Part shown: piece after piece, positions 54,302 to 64,000 of the stretch
Numbering within the stretch: position 1 is the first letter of the stretch
Layout of the letters: each line of letters opens with the position of its first letter
Source: Octopus vulgaris
Taxonomy: Eukaryota
Assembly: GCA_951406725.2 (NCBI GenBank)
Contig: OX597816.1
Coordinates: forward strand, 116,250,001-116,314,000
Length of the DNA stretch: 64,000 bases
Direction of reading: 5' to 3'
The notes under the pieces: model-generated
The model's database searches: none
Seen by the model: only the letters and a program-made list of their open reading frames with translations
Told to the model about the DNA's origin: nothing
Made by a program: the position numbers and the translations under genes

Positions 54302-54777
54302 CTACATATGCTCTAACATATGTATGTATATAGAAAGAGAAAAATAGTGATAATCAAACGTATATATATATGTCGTATATGCAATAATATATGACAATAT
54401 ACTTGTATATGTATATATACATAAATATATAAATATATCTGCGTGTGTGCCGTATAGTGTGTCTGTATTTCGCATACTTATGCATTATATATATATATAT
54501 ATATGATGTATATATAATATATATGTATATGTATATGATGTATATATATGTAGCTATGTATATTTTCATGTATTTATCTATCTATCTTTATACACACACA
54601 CACACACACACACATATAATTATATTGGCATGCATATTTACGTATATATACAGCATATTTGGACGTGTGTGTGTGTATGTAGATAGATAGATATGAATAC
54701 ATATATATATATGCTTACACACACAAGAAAACCACTTAAACACCCCCATAAACACAGACACACACACACACACATGC

Positions 54778-54808
<31 letters not shown>

Positions 54809-55364
54809 TACACACACACACACACATACACACACACTGAAGCCGACTGTAAGAGCAATGCATCTACAAAGCTACAAATGGTTTATAAGTTGGCAAACCT
54901 ATATAACAAGCCAACCTCTTAGACGAAGTTCAATAAACGCGCGCGAACGTCTACAACTACTAATAGTGAATAGATTTGGTCCGATGCCAGATTTTTCGAT
55001 GAATTCTGATTATATATGTGAGACAACAAACTAGATTGGAGTAGAATGATCTACAGCTATACTGAATCTTTAAATTTAGCGTGTGTGCGCGAATTTGGTT
55101 GTGTTTAGCGTGCGTGTGTTTGGTTGTGTGAACGTGTAAATGTTTGTTAACGTACGTATGTGTAAGATTAACATCTCAACGAGGACTAATAAAGAAGGAA
55201 GAAATATAATCATGTTAGATGTTAGCACATTCATGAAAGTGTGTGGATTCTGTTCTTTTTTTTTTTTTTCGTTATGAATTTGGGTTACTTTAAATAGACC
55301 CAGCTCCGAACGAACACACAGACACACAGAGATATATAGATATACTTTTGCTGTAAGGCTTGAA
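53158..55364 (+). repeat. First copy of a ~2.2 kb near-identical duplication
   Basis: Collinear with 61812-64000, differing mainly in microsatellite lengths and a few substitutions. Confidence 0.95.
53431..53468 (-). ncRNA. Hammerhead-like family H2, copy 3
   Basis: CCTTT-CTGTTGA-A-GAGC-GTAG-GCTC-GAAATGTA-AAAAA. A more diverged relative lies at about 53120-53152 and a duplicate at 62084-62121. Confidence 0.5.
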
Positions 55365-55543
55365 CTAAGTGTTTTGAAAGTATAGAGAGATGCACACAAT
55401 TCTACGGTCTCTGCATGTGTGTATGATTGCAGCTGTGATATTCTTGACACAGGAGTGTCTACACTCAGGAACATATATATACATAAATACATATACACAG
55501 ATTTACAAACTGACGAATTCAGTAACATACATATGCATGTATG

Positions 55544-55576
<33 letters not shown>

Positions 55577-55623
55577 ATGTACACACACACAAACACACAG
55601 ATTCACACACACACATATACATA

Positions 55624-55830
55624 TTCTTTTATTCTAATATTTACGTCAGTTATTTGACTACGGCCTTGCTGGAGCACCGCTTTTAAGGGGTTTTAGTCGA
55701 ATGAATCGACACCAGTACATATTTCTTTCTGAAGCCAGGTACTTATTCTCTCGGTATCTTTTTCTCGAACCGCTAATTTTCGGGGACGTAACACAACACG
55801 GGTTCTCAAGCGATTATGAAGGTACAAACA

Positions 55831-55888
<58 letters not shown>

Positions 55889-56416
55889 CTATTTTACTCC
55901 TTTACTCTTTTACTCTTTTACTTGTTTCAGTCATTTGACTGTGGTCATGCTGGAGCACTGCTTTTAGTCAAGTAAATCGACCCCAGGACTTATTCTTTGT
56001 AAGCCTAGTACTAATTCTATCGGTCTCTTTTGCCGAACCGCTAAGTTACGAGGACGTACACACACCACTATCGGTTGTCAGACGATGTTGGTGGTGGGGA
56101 CAAACATATACACACACACATACATATACATACATGCATACACATATATATATATGTATACACGATGGGCTTCTTTCAGTTTCTACCAAACTCACTTTGG
56201 TCGACCCGAGGCTATAGTAGAAGACACTTGCCCAATGTGTCACGCAGTGGGACTAAACCCGGAACCATGTGGTTCGTAAGCAAGCTACTTACCACACAGC
56301 CACTCCGGATTCTTTCAGTTTCCGTCTCCCAGATCCACTCACAAGGTTTTGGTCGGCACGAGGCCTTAATAGCAGACATCAAAGGTGCCATGCAGTGTGA
56401 CTGAACCTGGAGCTAT
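55624..56416 (-). mobile_element. Cluster of SINE family B copies
   Basis: Tail at 55624-55835, full copy at about 55890-56308, partial head at 56310-56416. Confidence 0.8.
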
Positions 56417-56872
56417 ATGTGTTTGATAGATATACATGAGCGTGTGTGCGCGCGAGTAGTTTAATGGTTTGTGTGTTGTACTCAAAATTGCATGGTTGTA
56501 GTTTCGATTCCCACATCGGCGGTATATTTGTATTCTTCAGCAAAACACTTCACTTCACATTGGTCCAGTTCGGCTGTAAATGGACAAAACTGCGACGGTC
56601 TGGCGTTCTGTTCAGTGGGGATGTTGGCCCACCCACCCGCCTGGTCGAGCCAGTAAGTAGGCATCGTTCGAAATCTTAAATAGGTCGGGAAGCGCATTGT
56701 GAGCAGCAGTGTATAACAACATCCAATAGTCTAGTTGACACCGTAGTATAGTTTTACACACAAACATGCACATACACACACTCACATACACATACATATA
56801 TATACGCAAATATGTATGTATATATACATAAATATACATGTGTGTGCGTGTGTGTGTACATATATACATATA

Positions 56873-57036
56873 GGCGCAGGCATGGCTGTGTGGTAAGAAG
56901 CTTGCTTCCCAACGACTTGGTTCTGAGTTCAGTCCCACTGCGTGGCACCTTGGGCAAATGTCTTCTACTATACCCTCTGGCTGGCCAAAGCCTTGAGTGA
57001 ATTTGGGAGACGAAAACTGAAAGAAGCCCGTCATGC

Positions 57037-57085
<49 letters not shown>

Positions 57086-57102
57086 TGTATATATATACAT
57101 AC

Positions 57103-57133
<31 letters not shown>

Positions 57134-57366
57134 ATACATATATACATATATATATGTATGTGTTTATGCGTGTGTGTGGGTTCCCCTCTCCATCGCTAGA
57201 CAATCGATGTTGGTGTATTTATGTACCCCGTAATCTAGCGGGGTACATAAATACGCACACAAACTTACGAAGAATAAGTCCTGAGGTCGATTTATTCGAC
57301 TAAAACATTATAAAATGTTACTCTAGCATGGCCGCAGTCAAATGACTGAAACAGGTAAAAGAATAA
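56873..57366 (+). mobile_element. SINE family B (full length, expanded internal microsatellite)
   Basis: GGCGCAGGCATGGCTGTGTGG...GCAGTCAAATGACTGAAAC. Confidence 0.85.
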
Positions 57367-57370
57367 ATGA

Positions 57371-57416
<46 letters not shown>

Positions 57417-57423
57417 ATATATA

Positions 57424-57625
57424 CGAGGAGTAATGGAGAGTTCCGAGCTTAGGGTAACAGAAAATACGGGAAGATCAGTTAATTATGATTTTATTCAAAA
57501 TATTCCCCTCACAGATTCACGCACTTATTGCAGCAGTCCTTCAGTTTTTCTAAGACCTTTAAAAGAACTCGGAAGGTTGAGATTACAGACAGGCCTTTCG
57601 CGATCGATACCCTTAAAGCCAGGAG

Positions 57626-57630
<5 letters not shown>
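57424..57630. mobile_element. Mariner-type MITE remnant
   Basis: TA|CGAGGAGTAATGGAGAGTTCCGAGCTTAGGGTA versus TACCCTTAAAGCCAGGAGCTTT (imperfect inverted ends). Confidence 0.5.
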
Positions 57631-57686
<56 letters not shown>

Positions 57687-57864
57687 GCACACACACACAC
57701 ACATGGTTTGCTCTAATTTGAAAAAGTCTCAAAGTCTGAAACCGGTACTAAAATCTTCTTCATGATAAAATTATTTTACCATTTTCTATCTTGTCTTATT
57801 TTCCTTATATATGTATAAATGTGTGTGCGTGTGCGTGTGTGTTTGTGTGTGCGTGTGCGTGTGC

Positions 57865-57921
<57 letters not shown>

Positions 57922-58266
57922 TGTGTGTATGTGTGTATGTATATGCAGGTAGAAATATATACGTTACTAAAGTGACAAAGGGCACCAATCAGCACCAGTA
58001 CTGCTAGAAATAAGAGTCAACTCAATGGCCACAGAAGTACTATCTTAATGACGGTGTGAGACAGAGTGATAGAGAGGTGAGAGGGAGAGAGAGAGAGCTT
58101 GTGTGTGTGTGTTCGCGCGCGCGTATAATTGTAAGATAGTGCTTCTATGGTTATTGAGTTGTTTTTGGCTCTTATTTCTAGCATTAGTTGTGTTGTTCAG
58201 CACCCTTCGTCACTTTAGTGACGTGTATATTTCTGCCTTTAAGTTGTAAAACTGTGAATTAGCCAC

Positions 58267-58305
<39 letters not shown>

Positions 58306-58793
58306 AGTCAATCAAAAAGTGTGTTGTTTTATCCGAAATTACATCGGGAATAATTTCCAGAAAATGGAACTAAGAACAAATAGATAGGGATAAAGAAAAA
58401 GAAAGGTAGAAGGTGAGATGAGAGAGGTAATGGTGGTGGTGGTGGTGGTGGTGGTGGTGTGTTAATGAGGTTTAATGATGATCATGGTGATGATGACAAT
58501 GCAGTTCTGTGATAAGGGAGATGAGGATAGTTGTGGTGATCCCGATGATAGAGTCCGTGGCACATGTCAACTTCTCCTTCAGCTAGGACGGTAGGTCAAA
58601 AGCTAATCTGCTCGGTAGTTCCCAGGGGCCTGTTAGTCAGGAAAGAATATACATAGACACTAACAGGTACCCACCCGCTTAACCACACATGTTCTTAAAC
58701 AAACATGTACGTCCATATATATACAATATATATAGGGATGCTTGCGTGTGTGTATGAGTGTATACGTGTGTGTGTGTGTCTCTGTGTGTGTGT

Positions 58794-58851
<58 letters not shown>

Positions 58852-59130
58852 ACCTGTCTGCATACACATAAACACACACATTCGCCTATGTATATGCATG
58901 TGTGTGTGTGTGTTTGCGTGTGTAACATATATATGTGTGGGTGTGGGTGTCTGTCTTTGTGTGTGCGTGTGAGTGTATACATATACATGTGTGCTTCTGT
59001 GTATGTGTATCAAGGACATCATTGTGTATATGTGTGCGCGTCTGTCTGTCTGTCTGTGTGTATGCAAATTTGTGTTTAAAATTTGGCATAAATTTGTATA
59101 CATATATGTTTTATCAAAGTATCTATGTAT

Positions 59131-59536
59131 ACGGCTATGTGGTAAGAAGTTTGCTTTCCAGCCATACGTTACCAGGTTCAGTCCCGATGCGTGGCACCTT
59201 GGCACCTACTACAGCATCGGGCCTTGTGAGAGGATTTGTTAGAGGAAAACTGAAAGAAGCAAGTCGTGTATTTATGTGTGTGTGTGTATGCATGCGTGTA
59301 TATATATATGTGTGTGTATGTGTCTTCGGGTTTGTGTTTATCCTCCACCATCACTTGACAGCCGGTGTTGATATATTTACGTCCCCATAACTTAGCAGTT
59401 GGGCAAAAGAGACAGATTGATTAAGTACTAGACTTAAGAAAAATAAAAGTACTTAGGCCGATTCACTCGACTGAAGTATTTGAAGGCGGTGCTTCAGCAT
59501 GGACGCAGTCTAATGACTGAAACAAGTAAAAGATAA
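59131..59536 (+). mobile_element. SINE family B (decayed)
   Basis: GGCTATGTGGTAAGAAGTTTGC...CAGTCTAATGACTGAAACAAG. Confidence 0.75.
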
Positions 59537-59571
59537 CATACACACACACACACACACATGCGTGCGTGTGT

Positions 59572-59992
<421 letters not shown>

Positions 59993-60358
59993 ATATGAGT
60001 GTATGAATACCTCTGCATGAGTGTGTATGGGTGCAGCTGTATGCACACATTAGTTTCAGTTAGATCTTTAACCTTCTTAACAAACGCACGTAAAGTCATG
60101 CTGGAGCACTCCCTTATGCATATGAGCGAGCTGAAGCACAGCCTAGCGCGCACGCACGAACAATGAGGAGACGATAATAATTAAAAAGTGCTAATGAATA
60201 GGATATGTTGATGGCGATGACAGTCGTAAACATACCCAAACATACATATAAAAATATTTTATACGCACACAGGTGTAAATATGCGTTTATGCATTTATAA
60301 AAAGATACGTGCGAAGATATAAACCCTCGATCTATTTATCTAACTGACTAACTATATA

Positions 60359-60410
<52 letters not shown>

Positions 60411-60462
60411 TATATGTATATACATATGTATATATGTATATATATATATATACACATATGTA

Positions 60463-60494
<32 letters not shown>

Positions 60495-60698
60495 CATATA
60501 TATATGTATATATATATGTATGTATATATATATGTATATATATATATGTATGTATATATATATATGTATATATATATGTATATATATATATGTATATATA
60601 TATGTATGTATATATATATGTATGTATATATATATATGTATGGATGAATGGATGTATATATATATATATATAAGTGTGTGTATATGGATGTATATATG

Positions 60699-60744
<46 letters not shown>

Positions 60745-61069
60745 CCGTTTTCTTTAGGGGACCAAAAACGTAACAGAAATTTAGTCACATGTGGGCAGTC
60801 CGAAAAGTTCTGTCCTGTATTTAGACATGTGGTAGGGTCTAAGCTGCTTTTCCAGATAAGCCATCTCTCCATGTCGCATAAACCTACACACTTCCGCTGC
60901 CGTTAGTATAGGGCTTACATCTGGCCAAAATCTTCCATTGTATGTTATAATCGACACCTTTATCTCTTAAAAGACCAAATATGATTGGATAGCAATTGTG
61001 TCGCTTTTCTTTTGTTCCAGTGCCTAAAGCTCAAAGTGTGGTTATTGAACCTGGCCTTGAAATTACCCT
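60745..61069 (-). mobile_element. Penelope-like element GIY-YIG endonuclease C-terminus, inverted
   Basis: Frameshifted NFKARFNNHTLSFRH..KRKATQL.SNHIWS / [24 protein letters not shown] / LCDMERWLI...[17 protein letters not shown]. Confidence 0.8.
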
Positions 61070-61711
61070 CATGCTAGAAAGACATTACTTTTCAGTGAGA
61101 ATGCAAAGTGGGTAAAAAACACCGACACGGAGGGCGCTTTCGATGTGAGCATGGGTTCATATGATGGGGCAGGCATCTGTGATCTAATGGACTCTTTCTC
61201 CTAGATACCTTCAGTAAGACATTCCCTAACGTACATTTCGCCATCTACAAAGATGATGCCCTCGCCTTAACAGCTAATACAAATGGACCAGCACAAGATC
61301 GTTTTAGGAAGGATATTATCCAGTTAATGAAACACTTCGGACTTAGTATAACTATAGAACACTAACCTGACGGTTGTCAATTTCTTGGACGTTTCCTTAG
61401 ATCTTAATAATAATATTTATAAGCCTTATAGGAAGCCCAATGATAGACTAAGTTATATTAATGTAGGTTCATGCCATCCCCCTATAGTATTCAAAGATTT
61501 AGTTAAAAATATTATTGAGAGGATTTCTAGCCTCTCATCTAATAAAGGGCATCTTCAATAACGTTATACAATTTATAATAAAGCTTTAAATGGTAGTGGT
61601 TTTAGCGAAAAAATAAAATATACACCTATCACCAGCCCAACAATAAGGAAAAGGAATAATAGAAATAGGAAGGTCATCTGGTTTACGCCCCCTTACTCAC
61701 CCGAGGTGGCC
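61070..61711 (+). mobile_element. Penelope-like (Naiad-type) reverse transcriptase, frameshifted, cut by the gap
   Basis: HARKTLLFSENAKWVK...FDVSMGSYDGAGICDL / IYKDDALAL / VVNFLDVSLDL...YKPYRKPND.LSYINVGSCHPP / RKVIWFTPPYS. Confidence 0.9.
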
Positions 61712-61811
61712 NNNNNNNNNNNNNNNNNNNNNNNNNNNNNNNNNNNNNNNNNNNNNNNNNNNNNNNNNNNNNNNNNNNNNNNNNNNNNNNNNNNNNNNNN
61801 NNNNNNNNNNN
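61712..61811. other. Assembly gap (100 N)
   Basis: Run of exactly 100 n, the usual placeholder for a gap of unknown size. Confidence 0.98.
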
Positions 61812-61853
61812 TTAGGAAAGACAACAGTTGTAGATGCAAAGAATGCTTGTATG

Positions 61854-61902
<49 letters not shown>

Positions 61903-61944
61903 CCGTACGATACATATTGAAGTCGTTTCAATATGCTAACATGT

Positions 61945-61992
<48 letters not shown>

Positions 61993-62668
61993 TAGTTGAA
62001 ATTTATAGACAAACAACAGACGAAGACAGGTGTATGAACAAGAAACATGTGTATTGGACTGACGCTCTGGAGAAATGAAAAACTTTTTTACATTTCGAGC
62101 CTACGCTCTTCAACAGAAAGGAATAAGAGAAATAAACGGGGAGAATGAAAAAAAAAACTTTAAACTTATAGATTTCAGCGGTCCAGCCAGCTGTGTGTGT
62201 GTATAAATATTAATGCCTGTATATATGCACATACACACATATATTATATCGACACGCGCGCACACATATACACATATATACGTACATATTCATAAATGCA
62301 GCTATGTACGCATCAATGAATACAGGTATATAAACACCACTTATGTTGAATTTTGATCGTTATTTTAAAGGAACTTATGAATAAAATGAAACATTTACAA
62401 ATGGGGCAACTCAAAACTGAGAGTAGTCATATACATTGTATGATCCAACTCAATTTCATGTGTGCGTGTGAGTGTGCTTTTGTGTGTGTGTATATAATCA
62501 CGTTAATAAATGTATACACACCCTCCATATATATATATATATATATATATACATGGATATAAATCTCAATATCTCGATGCATTAAACTTGAGAATGATAA
62601 AAGATTTTTGCCATTAAGAAGACACACTCACAGACACATATGCAGGTAGATAGATAGATAGATATACA

Positions 62669-62710
<42 letters not shown>

Positions 62711-63426
62711 CATACATATATGTGTGTGTGTGTGTGTATATATATATACACACATATATATATGTATGAATATATATATATGTCATTATTTAGTTTATTT
62801 CAAGATTTCTTGCCAACAATAGGGTATTTTTATTTGCATGTATGTACTTATGTATGTTTGTATGTTTGTATGTATGTTTGTATGTTTGTATGTATGTATG
62901 TATGTATGCATGTATGTATGTATGTATGTATGTATGTATGTATGTATGTATGACTACATATGCTCTAACATATGTATGTATATAGAAAGAGAAAAATAGT
63001 GATAATCAAACGTATATATATATGTCGTATATGCAATAATATATGACAATATACTTGTATATGTATATATACATAAATATATAAATATATCTGCGTGTGT
63101 GCCGTATAGTGTGTCTGTATTTCGCATAATTTATGCATTATATATATATATATATATATATGATGTATATATAATATATATGTATATGTATATGATGTAT
63201 ATATATGTAGCTATGTATATTTTCATGTATTTATCTATCTATCTTTATACACACACATATAATTATATTAGCATGCATATTTACGTATATATACAGCATA
63301 TTTGGACGTGTGTGTGTGTATGTAGATAGATAGATATGAATATATATATATATGCTTACACACACAAGAAAACCACTTAAACACCCCCATAAACACAGAC
63401 ACACATACACACATGCACACACACAT

Positions 63427-63457
<31 letters not shown>

Positions 63458-64000
63458 CACACATACACACACACTGAAGCCGACTGTAAGAGCAATGCAT
63501 CTACAAAGCTACAAATGGTTTATAAGTTGGCAAACCTATATAACAAGCCAACCTCTTAGACGAAGTTCAATAAACGCGCGCGAACGTCTACAACTACTAA
63601 TAGTGAATAGATTTGGTCCGATGCCAGATTTTTCGATGAATTCTGATTATATATGTGAGACAACAAACTAGATTGGAGTAGAATGATCTACAGCTATACT
63701 GAATCTTTAAATTTAGCGTGTGTGCGCGAATTTGGTTGTGTTTAGCGTGCGTGTGTTTGGTTGTGTGAACGTGTAAATGTTTGTTAACGCATGTATGTGT
63801 AAGATTAACATCTCAACGAGGACTAATAAAGAAGGAAGAAATATAATCATGTTAGATGTTAGCACATTCATGAAAGTGTGTGGATTCTGTTCTTTTTTTT
63901 TTTTTCGTTATGAATTTGGGTTACTTTAAATAGACCCAGCTCCGAACGAACACACAGACACACAGAGATATATAGATATACTTTTGCTGTAAGGCTTGAA
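61812..64000 (+). repeat. Second copy of the ~2.2 kb duplication
   Basis: Begins immediately after the gap and matches 53158-55364. Confidence 0.95.

Noticed and set aside
57711-57755. TTGAAAA...GAAACCGGTA, a possible second U3:A8 hammerhead
   Set aside because: Stem I does not pair and stem II has a mismatch, so it is too decayed to call.

Overview
Eukaryotic, AT-rich and extremely microsatellite-dense non-coding DNA (intron or intergenic). The SINE families and the (TA)n/(CATA)n/(TAGA)n/(TAT)n load suggest an octopod cephalopod genome; this is inference from memory, not a database result. No intact protein-coding gene is visible, and most ORFs in the track are microsatellite translations. 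The window holds decayed Tc1/mariner elements (DD34D mariner, a Tc1-like element with D36E spacing, a maT-like and a DUF4817-like fragment) and several MITEs with clear TIR/TSD ends. It also contains a non-autonomous Helitron, a stack of co-oriented R4/Dong-like RLE-LINE 3' ends among (TAA)n tracts, Tx1/L1 debris, a Naiad-type Penelope element with an inverted GIY-YIG end, and many tRNA-derived SINEs. There is one possible Thr/His-rich exon, a 100-N gap and a ~2.2 kb near-identical duplication next to it. The most interesting signal is a set of roughly ten type I hammerhead-ribozyme-like motifs from several unrelated families, mostly in short repeats next to (TA)n. These include a family with a fixed non-canonical core (U at position 6) and stem-I covariation, and a ~720 bp foldback carrying U3:A8-covariant hammerheads at both ends. 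All alignments were done by eye.
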